Assembly: GCA_020718085.1 (NCBI GenBank)
Contig: DYDB01000001.1
Span: 329,575 to 388,770 of the forward strand
From: Micavibrio sp.
GTDB lineage: Bacteria > Patescibacteriota > Minisyncoccia > Moranbacterales > GCA-2747515
DNA length: 59,196 nt
Reading direction: 5' to 3'
The position numbers and the translations under genes are program-made. A model generated the notes under the pieces. The model made no database searches. It had not been told where the DNA came from and saw only the letters and a program-made list of their open reading frames with translations. Shown piece by piece: positions 29,609 to 39,325 of this stretch; the first letter of the stretch is position 1, and every line of letters begins with the position of its first letter.

Positions 29609-29908
29609 CTACATCACATCGCTCAATAAAAGATAGACCACATACAGAAGTGCGGAATTTTGTACGATCAGCAAAGGTATGCCAATGATAAAATACCATT
29701 TCCGCGTCTTATGCCGTAGAAAGAACATGCCAAAGTATACACCTACACTGCCAAAGACCGTGGCCATGAAAAATAACATGCCTTCGGAAATGCGTTCTGC
29801 ACCACGCTTGCGTGATCGACTCTTATCCCATGACATGAGCAAAAATGCCAATACATTCATGACAACAAAAAAACCGATGATCCATAATTTTCTCTCTGTT
29901 TCCATCAT
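29609..29908 (-). CDS. DUF1294 membrane protein
   Basis: DKSRS....RISE..L......GSVG...GM...RHKTRK. Confidence 0.92.
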   Translation of the reverse strand: MMETERKLWIIGFFVVMNVLAFLLMSWDKSRSRKRGAERISEGMLFFMATVFGSVGVYFGMFFLRHKTRKWYFIIGIPLLIVQNSALLYVVYLLLSDVM

Positions 29909-29912
29909 TTCT

Positions 29913-30488
29913 CTAGATCATTAAATGCAATTCTTTTCCAATGTGTTCCAAATCATGCACCAAAGGATTTTCTTGCCATGTGTCGATAATTGCCTCGATC
30001 ACTTTGATATATTGATTGATCAATACTTCTTTCGGTGCTGCAAAGTGCATAAATATTGTATCGCCATTTCTTGCATGATCATCGATCAATTCCGTGTAAT
30101 TAGCGATCACATCCGCAGATTTTACAAGCAATGATTCATGTGAAAAACTCGGAATATGCGCCAAAGCTTGCGCTTTCCGCTCCTCCCATGGCAATGTCTT
30201 ATCTGTCTCTGTGACACTATGCACGATCATTGCCACACGCGTACCAAACCGTTCATTGAGCATGTCATATGTGACTTTTTTTTCTTCAATGCTATCCTCG
30301 ATCGTATCATGCAATATACCGGCAATCACCACATCTTCCTCCGCACCAACACGTGCAAGAATGATCCCTACCGCCAAAGGATGTGTGATATATGCCACAT
30401 TTTTTCCTTTACGCACTTGTTTTTGATAGACATCGTGTGTCTTGATTGCAAATTTAATCGCTTTTTGCATTTTTTGTGTATAGATCAT
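29913..30488 (-). CDS. Stand-alone RelA/SpoT-type HD hydrolase (small alarmone hydrolase-like)
   Basis: H..Q.RKG, YITHP, AGILHDTIED, VTE, VKSAD..N. Confidence 0.88.
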   Translation of the reverse strand: MIYTQKMQKAIKFAIKTHDVYQKQVRKGKNVAYITHPLAVGIILARVGAEEDVVIAGILHDTIEDSIEEKKVTYDMLNERFGTRVAMIVHSVTETDKTLPWEERKAQALAHIPSFSHESLLVKSADVIANYTELIDDHARNGDTIFMHFAAPKEVLINQYIKVIEAIIDTWQENPLVHDLEHIGKELHLMI

Positions 30489-30506
30489 ATATACAATATT
30501 ATATAA

Positions 30507-31337
30507 TTACATCTGATCATGTTGCCTGATCAATGTAGAAAAGTTCTCATCTGACGGCATTACACGATCATTGTTCACGCGATAATATACTTTCATCTCA
30601 TCAAAAGATCTGTCATGCGGGATCAGATTCATTTCATACAATACTTCATCGGCAAATCCCGGCAAGATCATACGATATGTGAAAGGAAAAGATACGTCAG
30701 ATATTTCTTCCACACGACGCGTAATGACATTTGTGCAATTATTGAAGATCGTATTATAAAAAACCGGGGCGTCATAAATTGCATTTATATCCTGTATCAA
30801 TAGAAGCAATAACTGCTTCGATCGTTGTGGCGTTGCAACTGTCGGATAAATATACACGCGCTCTTTACGCACGTGCGTACGCAGACCGATAATATCTCGT
30901 TCTGAACCGACAACATAGATCACCTCAAATTGACGCAATAATCCGAGCCACGGAGAAAATTTTTCTCCTTTTTCACGCCGCGTCTCCACCGAAATTACCA
31001 TGTTTTCCCCTTCTTGAAATCGAAAGCTCACAAAAATATGTGCCATACCCTCAAAATCGTCAAAGTGAGAAATGACCACATCCATGCCGATTAACTGCGC
31101 AAGATCAAATTCTGCCGTACGATACGTAATATCCACAGTTCCATCTTCATGCCATGAGAAATCACGAAAGTTTTCTACAGTTACACGTTCACCATCCATT
31201 TTAAAAGACGGCAATTTCTCTTGCCCCAGCTCCCAATCACGATCATGATGCGGGTGCTGCAAAAAAATAAAAACACATAACGCCAAAAGACATGTGCCCA
31301 AAAAACTGCCAATGATCACCCAGGTATTTTTCTTCAC
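30507..31337 (-). CDS. DUF4105 family protein
   Basis: NFRDF, AHIFVSF, ISVETRRE, FYNTIFNNCT; N-terminal TM; GTG start. Confidence 0.88.
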   Translation of the reverse strand: MKKNTWVIIGSFLGTCLLALCVFIFLQHPHHDRDWELGQEKLPSFKMDGERVTVENFRDFSWHEDGTVDITYRTAEFDLAQLIGMDVVISHFDDFEGMAHIFVSFRFQEGENMVISVETRREKGEKFSPWLGLLRQFEVIYVVGSERDIIGLRTHVRKERVYIYPTVATPQRSKQLLLLLIQDINAIYDAPVFYNTIFNNCTNVITRRVEEISDVSFPFTYRMILPGFADEVLYEMNLIPHDRSFDEMKVYYRVNNDRVMPSDENFSTLIRQHDQM

Positions 31338-31456
31338 AAGCTAAATTAATATTTCCTATAATTACAGTGTATGCTTCCCCAGATAATTGTGCAACAGAAA
31401 GAGAAAATCATTCATCCATAAATGCAGTTTAAGTACTTTATGAGGAACGTAAAAAA

Positions 31457-31726
31457 TTATTTCTTTACGAAGCCACTTTCCACATGCCATCCGCCATCCG
31501 GACATTTTTCGCCAAAAGTAACTGCACATGCAACGGGTTCCAGAAACTCATTTGTCGCATGACCAATCGCAACATGTTTATCGATCCGATGTTTTCCACA
31601 CGTACAATGTGTGATCACGTAGTTCACTTGCGAATCGATCTTCCTATGATCGCCTCCGCAGTGATGCACACTATGCATACCACTATCGTGATGGATGTGA
31701 TGAAACAATGAAAGTATGTCTGACAT
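31457..31726 (-). CDS. Small His/Cys-rich hypothetical protein
   Basis: Start set at MSDILSLF; HHIHH..HSVHHC...HCTCGKH...CPDGGWH. Confidence 0.65.
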   Translation of the reverse strand: MSDILSLFHHIHHDSGMHSVHHCGGDHRKIDSQVNYVITHCTCGKHRIDKHVAIGHATNEFLEPVACAVTFGEKCPDGGWHVESGFVKK

Positions 31727-31824
31727 AGGTGTTGTAATAATATATATACTAACTATAGCAAATATTTTTTTAGACTCAAATGGTAAGGCACTTTGACAAT
31801 ATTCTGTCAAAGTGCCTAAATGGT

Positions 31825-32625
31825 TCATTGTATATCCAACGCGCTACAAAAGCCTTTTTTCTTCCTGTTGATAATTTCCTCAGGAAGATATTCTTTTGCG
31901 ATGTGTCGCAGTGGCATTTTGCTTGTATCAAATGTTGTGCGACTGTCTAGCGGGATCCTCGCAATATACGTCACGACCTTTATCTGCAAATACGGTAAGG
32001 TCACTTGCACACAGAAATGACATGACTTTCTCTCGAGGGGAATGAGATGTTCCTCTGGCAATCTCTTCCACAGATCTTGAAAGGCTCGTTCTTTTTCCAA
32101 TAGCGTTTCATGTTTACGGTGTTCCCAATACCCACCCAATAATTCATCGATTCCATCGTGTGCAATGGCACTGAGGAATCCATACGCGGAAATGTGTTGA
32201 TAAGTCAAAAATACCGCAACATCACCCAGAGAACATGGCTCATCCTTCCACAGAGTGTGCAAATGATCTTGCACCTCCTTGATTAATTGTGGACTAGGGA
32301 TCAGTTCATGATGAATTGTCTTAAAACGTTGGGAAGCAATACGTGCAAACTGTATATCTGGCGTGTCTTCTCCTCTTCCCGTTGTGAATGTATGGATCGG
32401 GATCTGATATCCCAATATTTCACGCAACTTTGCCAGACAAAATGAGGAATCCAATCCGCCCGATAATGTCGTGCAGATCATACCATCATTACACCTTAAA
32501 TTCTCCAGTGCACAACTTACGATAGCATTCGTCAAAATTTCCTCAAGTTTTTCATGACTCCATTTTGACGGTTTTCTGACTATCGGAAATGCCATGACAT
32601 CTCTCCAACCATTTGGCCTCATCAT
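31825..32625 (-). CDS. Asparagine-synthetase C-terminal (ATP pyrophosphatase) domain protein lacking a glutaminase domain
   Basis: LSGGLDSS PP-loop, DGIDELLGGY, K..LR, LPEEIINRKKKGF; SD GGAGGTG. Confidence 0.85.
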   Translation of the reverse strand: MMRPNGWRDVMAFPIVRKPSKWSHEKLEEILTNAIVSCALENLRCNDGMICTTLSGGLDSSFCLAKLREILGYQIPIHTFTTGRGEDTPDIQFARIASQRFKTIHHELIPSPQLIKEVQDHLHTLWKDEPCSLGDVAVFLTYQHISAYGFLSAIAHDGIDELLGGYWEHRKHETLLEKERAFQDLWKRLPEEHLIPLERKSCHFCVQVTLPYLQIKVVTYIARIPLDSRTTFDTSKMPLRHIAKEYLPEEIINRKKKGFCSALDIQ

Positions 32626-32724
32626 TTTCACCTCCACCCGTGTGATTTGATTGAATAATTGTTAAAAAATCTATCGTCGCATTATACAATACAATTTATT
32701 TACTGTCAATATTTTTATCTAACT

Positions 32725-32764
32725 AAAAAAAGAGCCCAACAAGATATAGATCTCGTTGGGCCCT
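32725..32764 (-). terminator. Terminator of the 116-aa gene
   Basis: GCCCAAC...GTTGGGC stem with T7 on the minus strand. Confidence 0.7.
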
Positions 32765-32777
32765 AAGCAATGCGACC

Positions 32778-33128
32778 TTATTCATTTTGCGCATTTTGCT
32801 GCAACAATTCCTTTGCTTTGAAGCTGGCAAATCCCCTGTTTCGCGGTGATACTACAGGGAGATCTATAACAGGTTCTGTCTCACTTATGTAGACACTGCC
32901 ATCCTCATTCATGTATCGATCATCCTCTTTGTTTGTGACGATTCCACCCCGAAGATCATTGATCTCGGTTCTTTGGTGAATGGATCCGTATGCCCCATTT
33001 GGCAAAACAATGCCACCAAGATTTCGCCCATCGACACGGAATCCACCAATTGATACACCTTCAGCCGCAGAAGTATCAAAAGAAAAGATCACGTGTGCCA
33101 ACACCATAAGAATTGTCAATATTCTCAT
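32778..33128 (-). CDS. Hypothetical secreted protein
   Basis: Signal peptide-like N-terminus; own promoter and terminator. Confidence 0.65.
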   Translation of the reverse strand: MRILTILMVLAHVIFSFDTSAAEGVSIGGFRVDGRNLGGIVLPNGAYGSIHQRTEINDLRGGIVTNKEDDRYMNEDGSVYISETEPVIDLPVVSPRNRGFASFKAKELLQQNAQNE

Positions 33129-33327
33129 CTTTTAGCCTCTTTTTTGAGTTAATGAATATGTGAAATGTAAAATAACCGTAAACGACTATTGTACATCTAA
33201 ATTGATGTTTTGTCAATGCTTTTCCTTATCACCCTTTTCATAAAGAAATGCTATTTGATAAAACAAATTGAAATTCCATGATAAAATCAATCTATACAAA
33301 AAATAAATTATAAATACTTACAATAAA

Positions 33328-34773
33328 ATGAAATGTGAAACTTTTGATCCGAGAAACTACAAAAGCATCTCAGATATACCAAAGCCGTTGCAAAAGAACT
33401 TTGCAAACACTCTGGATGATACTGGTTTTGTAAGAAAAGAGGTGTCTGAAGCCGATGCCCAATCTCAAAAAATAGCAAGGAGACGTGAAACTCTAGCCAA
33501 AGAAAATTTTGGTCGAGAGGAAGAATTCGATCCGATGGATATCACTCATGAGAAAAGCCTGAAAGAACATGAGGTCATTGAAAATACATATCAAATGAAG
33601 ATCACAGAGCTTGAAGCAAGCCTAGGTCAGTCATTGAGCGATGAGGCTAAAAAAGAAATATATCAGCAGATCTATGCAAAACATACTGACGAAACAATCA
33701 CACATGAAGAAAATAAGATGAGGACAGAGGAGCAAGCGGTCTATAAAAATGAATTAATCTTGCAAAGATCTCGCGATATATTAAAAATTCCCGAGGAACA
33801 ATTACACGAAATGCCCGAAGCTGCAAGACTCCAACTACTAGAAGAATTATCTTGGAACTTATTTGCAGACAAAGATTCCGACAGTTATCCGGAAGAAGTC
33901 TTGGACGCAATTTCTCACATATATAAAACATACACACCAAGTGAAACATTGCAATTATCTCATAAAAATGCCAATGGTAATGTTTTGGATAAAATTGGAG
34001 ATGAAAACTTTCTCAGTCTAGAAAAAATGTGGGAAAACTCAGTTGAGAATGAAAGAATGGAAATTTGCAAAGAATGGGTCAAATCGTTGTGCGTGGAATA
34101 TAACATGCCGGAGATACCTGTCGAATTTCATCCACGTGTAGGAGATTCTACTATCAGTGCTCAATATAATCTTGGTGGCGGACCAGATAAACTGGGAGCT
34201 ATTGCACTGTTTGGGGATATAAACTATAGCACCCTCAATCAGATCTTCCCCCGATTATCACACGAGACAGGACACGCTTTTCAAGAAGCACTTCAAAAGA
34301 ACATCGTCGATGGCACACCCTATCAACGTGATCTGAGATGGTTTGACGTTTCAAAAAAATGGGATGGAAGTGAATTTGATAAAAAAAGTTTTCAAGCATC
34401 ACATAAAAGATATTTATCTCTTCCCAAAGAAAATGATACACACCTGTTACAAGATTGGACTTCTCAAAAAATATCACAAAAATTGGAAGATCATAAAAAT
34501 AGAAAACTACACGAAGCCGGATTGTCCGATATCGAAATCATAAATTTGCAAGAAAAGATTGCACGATGGGCAAATAATTTCTTGATCTCCCACACAGAAA
34601 TAAACGGCGATGACTTAGTAAAAATTGCGCAAGAAAAATTAACAAACAGAGGTCCCACACTTATTGAACAATGGTTCAAAGGAAAAACCGGAGACGAATG
34701 TCGGGAGATAGTCAAAGACCTTTTCGAATCCGCAGAAAATGCTCGCAGAACCTTGGAAGAAGAACGTACATAA
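33328..34773 (+). CDS. Acidic hypothetical protein with HExxH zincin-like motif
   Basis: LSHETGHAFQE and downstream YLSLPKEND (candidate third ligand Glu). Confidence 0.7.
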   Translation: MKCETFDPRNYKSISDIPKPLQKNFANTLDDTGFVRKEVSEADAQSQKIARRRETLAKENFGREEEFDPMDITHEKSLKEHEVIENTYQMKITELEASLGQSLSDEAKKEIYQQIYAKHTDETITHEENKMRTEEQAVYKNELILQRSRDILKIPEEQLHEMPEAARLQLLEELSWNLFADKDSDSYPEEVLDAISHIYKTYTPSETLQLSHKNANGNVLDKIGDENFLSLEKMWENSVENERMEICKEWVKSLCVEYNMPEIPVEFHPRVGDSTISAQYNLGGGPDKLGAIALFGDINYSTLNQIFPRLSHETGHAFQEALQKNIVDGTPYQRDLRWFDVSKKWDGSEFDKKSFQASHKRYLSLPKENDTHLLQDWTSQKISQKLEDHKNRKLHEAGLSDIEIINLQEKIARWANNFLISHTEINGDDLVKIAQEKLTNRGPTLIEQWFKGKTGDECREIVKDLFESAENARRTLEEERT

Positions 34774-34994
34774 AAATGAAAAGGGCTTCTTGAAATATTC
34801 TTTGGATCATCCTCTACAAACATCAATTATTTATCGACTTTTTCAATCCTCGACCCTGACCTTCCCTTGTCCGTGGTCTTGAGCAACTCTCTACTTCATA
34901 GTATTTTATTCTGCCTGCAAAAATCCATAGAAAAAATTAAAACCCACATGCCTTTTTCAAGAACACGTGGGTGTATAGAACAACTCCTTTTACA

Positions 34995-35831
34995 TCAATT
35001 CATTTTTTCTATGGTAAGATCTCCTACTACAGGAATACCATTGTTCCGCAAAAGCTCGGCAACGGATACGAGAAAATTCTGTGTTGATATCAACGCAATA
35101 GACTTATGTTGATAAACACCATTTTCTTCCGTAATATCTTCCAGGATCTTTTCTGTTTCGTACTCATAAGAAACATTGAGATGAACCCCTGCTTCTGTCG
35201 ATAAATCTGCCATACCATATTTGAACAAAAAGTATGGTGGCAACACATCGGTGATCTGGTGTGTGATCTTTTCTGTCAGTTCCGTTTCCCGAAAGATCAA
35301 AACCGCCAACATATGTTTGCGATCCTGTGTGAGTCGAAATTCTACACGAGTTTTCACGCCAAATAATTTTGCAAAAAAATGCTTTTGCACTTTTTGCAGG
35401 GGAGGTGTGATATCATCTGAGAAAAAATATCCCTTGCCATCTTGGCCACCAGAAAAGTGTGCCGGTGGCTTACGCGTATCCCTTTCTCTGATCATGGTGA
35501 CATAGTATTTTGAAGCTGTAACGCAATCCTCACCATTTCCCCACGTCAACGCAAAAAGTAGACTTTTTAGGATCACTTCCCGACGCTCTTTCCTTTTATC
35601 TGCAAAACAATGCTGCCAAAATTCCTTCAGTCTGATGAAATGACGTCGCAATAATTGCATGTTTTCCGGCAAAGACTCATGCAGTCTCTCCAGTTGATGC
35701 ACGCTCTCAGCCATGCCAAACATGCCGAGATAAATGTACCACGTATCCGCATGTCGAATGTCTGAAAGTTCATAGCGCCATGCTTCCAATAATGTTTCCG
35801 CCGCGATGTGATCCAATTCCTCTTGATCCAT
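34995..35831 (-). CDS. Hypothetical protein (278 aa)
   Basis: SD AGGGAG; hairpin at about 34943-34972 follows it; no family recognised. Confidence 0.75.
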   Translation of the reverse strand: MDQEELDHIAAETLLEAWRYELSDIRHADTWYIYLGMFGMAESVHQLERLHESLPENMQLLRRHFIRLKEFWQHCFADKRKERREVILKSLLFALTWGNGEDCVTASKYYVTMIRERDTRKPPAHFSGGQDGKGYFFSDDITPPLQKVQKHFFAKLFGVKTRVEFRLTQDRKHMLAVLIFRETELTEKITHQITDVLPPYFLFKYGMADLSTEAGVHLNVSYEYETEKILEDITEENGVYQHKSIALISTQNFLVSVAELLRNNGIPVVGDLTIEKMN

Positions 35832-35884
35832 TGTGTGATCTCCCTAAGTTATCGGTCAATGCAGAATTCACCACTATTCTTCTC

Positions 35885-36111
35885 TTGAAGTTTCTTTTGC
35901 CTTTGACCAAAAGCAAAAAAGTGATGCCCCAGCGCTCCTGCGCTCCATCTACGGGGAACTTCTTGGGCCCATCGCTCCTGCGATGTTGCACTTTAATTTG
36001 TTAAAGAGCAGCCTGCGTTTCATGCACCTGCATGTCCCTCCCGGATGATGTGAAGAGAAAATTAATAACAAGACCATTACCAAATTTCTCCCCACATCAA
36101 AAATAATTGAA
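35885..36111 (-). ncRNA. Candidate structured leader RNA or sRNA with AGGN-loop hairpins
   Basis: Hairpins CATCGC-AGGA-GCGATG, AGCGC-AGGA-GCGCT, CATGC-AGGT-GCATG, a long 5' hairpin, and an exact boxA TGCTCTTTAACA. Confidence 0.5.
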
Positions 36112-36117
36112 TGGTAT

Positions 36118-36146
36118 ATTGTAACAAGAAAAATGCTGATTGTCAA
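36118..36146 (-). promoter_or_regulatory. Sigma70-type promoter
   Basis: TTGACA-17-TACAAT. Confidence 0.8.
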
Positions 36147-36209
36147 TCATAAATGGCACATATTCCTCATTAAGATATACGCTATTTCAATAGTGTTTTT
36201 ATTTACATA

Positions 36210-39200
36210 TTATTGAGAATTATTAGTAGATTTTGTATCTAGATTATCTAACGCTTTAGTTAATTTTTCAAAATCATTATAGGACGCTGTGTAGTTGGCG
36301 GTATACACTTTTTCTGAATACATTGTTTCATGTGCAATTTTTTTTACTGCATCTTTATTTACAATCCAATATTCTTTAAGTCGCTCCTCACTCAATAGTT
36401 TTGCAAATTCATCTTTGTTTGGATGAAAATCACCACCACCATTTCTGGTTAGATGACTCATTAAATAATAAACAAAATATCTTACATTCTTTTTTTCATC
36501 ATCAGTAGGTTTAAAACATACTGTAAATAGATAATCCAATATGATCTCTCTTATTTTTCCGCCATCTTCTTCCCCAAATACATCGTAAAAACCACAACCA
36601 ATTCCATGATCAACTTTATCATTACTCAATTGATACAAAATAAAACTTACTACACCATTTTTTATTTTTTCAGTTTCTTCGAATGAATTTATCCCTTCCT
36701 TTGCAAGATATACACTTATATTTTTGACAAATTCACCAAATACGTCAACAGCGCTGAGTTTTTCAGCATCTTCAAATATATTCTTTTGAGAATCAATATA
36801 TCTCTTCTTAAATATCTCAAAACACTTTTGTGATATTTTTCTCATTTCTATCTTTGTCAATTCAACGATCTCACCACCTCTTTTATACTTTTCTTCAACA
36901 GAATGATATCCTAATGCAGAGTAAACATTATAATATTTATCACCCCTATCACTACTACAACACAATCTAAACAGCATCATGTCATATATTCCTAAAATTC
37001 CTTTATCTTCTCTTGACAGATTATCTAGGATTCCATCAAAATCTTTAGTCCCAAATATTTTTTCCGTTATGCCGTTTAGATTATGTATGTCTGTATTGTT
37101 TATACTCTCACCATTTTTATCTCTCCATCCTCTTCTGTTAATCAAATCCATCAAATACAGAATGAGATAAAATCTTAATCCGCCATATCCATTTCGCCAA
37201 TTATCGAGAAGAGAATATTTACTAATATTATCCATTATATATTTGATCAAAGGATCAACGTATTTATTATAGTATTCAATTTTAAAATTATCTTCCAAAA
37301 CTTCTTGCCAAAAACAGTTTAAAAATCTTCTTCTTTTTTCCTCTTCATCAAATTCGATTAGAACTTCAATAATATTAATATTATTTTTCAAAAGTTTTTC
37401 CACCGCATCCTTATAAAAACCGTCTTCATCAAATGGATCTGGCAAATCTCCCTTTATTAACAATTTCAGATACTGTTCTAGCTTCCTTTTTTCACCCGCC
37501 CCGCCTCCATTGTGTGCAGCCCTATAATAATATCCCTCCCTATTATCTTTATTTAGATCAATATTTTTATCCAAAAAAATATCATCCAACAAGAACCTTT
37601 CTTTCTCACCAACTTCCCTCGTGTAATCACAATACTTTTTATCGTTTTTATATCTTGCGAATTCTGCAGATTCTCCAAATTTAGATATTAGTGAAAAAAA
37701 TGGACCCATCCCATCAGTCTCGGTTATATAAATTTTCCTAAATATATTTGGATAATTAACATAAACTAAAACTAACTTTATAAATTCCACTGGATTGAGT
37801 CCATGTATCTTAAAATTAATCTTAGACAATTTATCATTCAATTTAAATATATTTACAATTCTTTTAATTTTTCTAATATCCCCAATATAGTGAGCGTACG
37901 TTTCATATTTTTCCTTTGACAAAAAATCTACATCTATAAGATCTGCCACCCAACGTGCAGTGTCTTTTTCAAAACAATCATCTACAAAGTATTTTTTAAT
38001 GCACTTTCTAATATCATTTCTAGATATCACAAGTGTTTTTTTAACCTGAACAATCTTTTCAAAATATTCGACTATCTTTGAATTATCCACTATTTCATTT
38101 TCGTAATAAACATTTTCAGGAACAATATCACAGATATTAGTAACATCCAACTGACTAGCAGTTATATAATTTTTTGTAATTTTTTTCCTTAAATTAGAAT
38201 GAAATGCATTGATATTCTCAGTATCATAACAAATAATATAGGATATGTTCGGCAATTGAAAACTATCTCGTACAATATTCAAAATGATTTTCACATTTTC
38301 TAGAGAGAGTCTATCAAGATCATCAATAGTAACTATCACCTTTTTGTTAATATATTCCAATTCCTCTCGCAAATTTTTGAAAGCATTATCAACACTATGT
38401 TCATTTTTTACATTTAATTCCCCAAAAAGTGGTAATTTCAATTTTATCCCAGTGATTGATTTAGCATATTGGTATAATCCCAAGCTGACACTAGGTGCAT
38501 AAATCTTTTCGTTTATAGACTTCACTAGATCATTCACGAATCTCTCGAATAAATCGTTACTATTTTTAAAATTAATTGGCTTAAACTCATAGATGATAAT
38601 ATCTTTTTTGTATTTGTTTTTTAAATGTTTTATGCAATATTCCAAATAAGTTGTCTTTCCAATACCCCACGGAGCATCAATTCCAAAAACAATACTCGAA
38701 TCAGAATTATTATTGTAGATTTTATCTGCAAATTTTTCGGCATCATTTTTTATATCAAATAAATCTTCCATTTTATCCGGTTCATCACTAGGAAATAATG
38801 ATTTGCCTCTTTTTGTCTTTATATAAAACCTACTCAGAATTAACACCAGAAATAAAAAGATTACCGTTTTCACATAATCATATTTATCAGAATTATAAAT
38901 ATATATATAAAATGAACTTAGCAATATCACTGCAATAATGTCATATCTTTTCGATTTATAAGCTCTGATAAAATTTTTCCACAAGCAACGTAAAACAACA
39001 AGTGAAAATATAAGTATAAAAATGTATATGATTAAATCAAGGCTGTGTATTAACTCATCAATCTGTTCAAAGTAAGTGTTGCCGCGCGACTCTTTATATA
39101 TGCTATAAATTTCCTTAAATTTGTAAAATATAATCATGAACACATGTCCACATATAATTACTAATGTAGCAATTTTGAAATTGTTAAGTACGTTTTTCTT

Positions 39201-39239
39201 ATAAATTTTAAATTTGTCGCTTTTGAATACTTTTTTCAT
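36210..39239 (-). CDS. KAP-family P-loop NTPase with N-terminal TM helices and long C-terminal extension
   Basis: SDEP, FGIDAPWGIGKT Walker A, IDDLDRL Walker B, YFEKIVQ, IRKIKR; markedly AT-rich. Confidence 0.9.
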   Translation of the reverse strand: MKKVFKSDKFKIYKKNVLNNFKIATLVIICGHVFMIIFYKFKEIYSIYKESRGNTYFEQIDELIHSLDLIIYIFILIFSLVVLRCLWKNFIRAYKSKRYDIIAVILLSSFYIYIYNSDKYDYVKTVIFLFLVLILSRFYIKTKRGKSLFPSDEPDKMEDLFDIKNDAEKFADKIYNNNSDSSIVFGIDAPWGIGKTTYLEYCIKHLKNKYKKDIIIYEFKPINFKNSNDLFERFVNDLVKSINEKIYAPSVSLGLYQYAKSITGIKLKLPLFGELNVKNEHSVDNAFKNLREELEYINKKVIVTIDDLDRLSLENVKIILNIVRDSFQLPNISYIICYDTENINAFHSNLRKKITKNYITASQLDVTNICDIVPENVYYENEIVDNSKIVEYFEKIVQVKKTLVISRNDIRKCIKKYFVDDCFEKDTARWVADLIDVDFLSKEKYETYAHYIGDIRKIKRIVNIFKLNDKLSKINFKIHGLNPVEFIKLVLVYVNYPNIFRKIYITETDGMGPFFSLISKFGESAEFARYKNDKKYCDYTREVGEKERFLLDDIFLDKNIDLNKDNREGYYYRAAHNGGGAGEKRKLEQYLKLLIKGDLPDPFDEDGFYKDAVEKLLKNNINIIEVLIEFDEEEKRRRFLNCFWQEVLEDNFKIEYYNKYVDPLIKYIMDNISKYSLLDNWRNGYGGLRFYLILYLMDLINRRGWRDKNGESINNTDIHNLNGITEKIFGTKDFDGILDNLSREDKGILGIYDMMLFRLCCSSDRGDKYYNVYSALGYHSVEEKYKRGGEIVELTKIEMRKISQKCFEIFKKRYIDSQKNIFEDAEKLSAVDVFGEFVKNISVYLAKEGINSFEETEKIKNGVVSFILYQLSNDKVDHGIGCGFYDVFGEEDGGKIREIILDYLFTVCFKPTDDEKKNVRYFVYYLMSHLTRNGGGDFHPNKDEFAKLLSEERLKEYWIVNKDAVKKIAHETMYSEKVYTANYTASYNDFEKLTKALDNLDTKSTNNSQ

Positions 39240-39325
39240 GCGCTCAAATATATAAATTGCACACATATTACTTTTTGTATATAAAAATTCACTTAGAGAA
39301 TGACATTTTAATAACGTTGCAAAAT

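Noticed and set aside
31825..33128. Lasso-peptide cluster built on the asparagine-synthetase-like gene
   Set aside because: No B1/B2 leader-processing genes and no precursor-like ORF nearby.
35770..36146. Short ORFs (65-74 aa) across the structured leader
   Set aside because: No SD and no coding signal; the repeated hairpins explain the sequence better.
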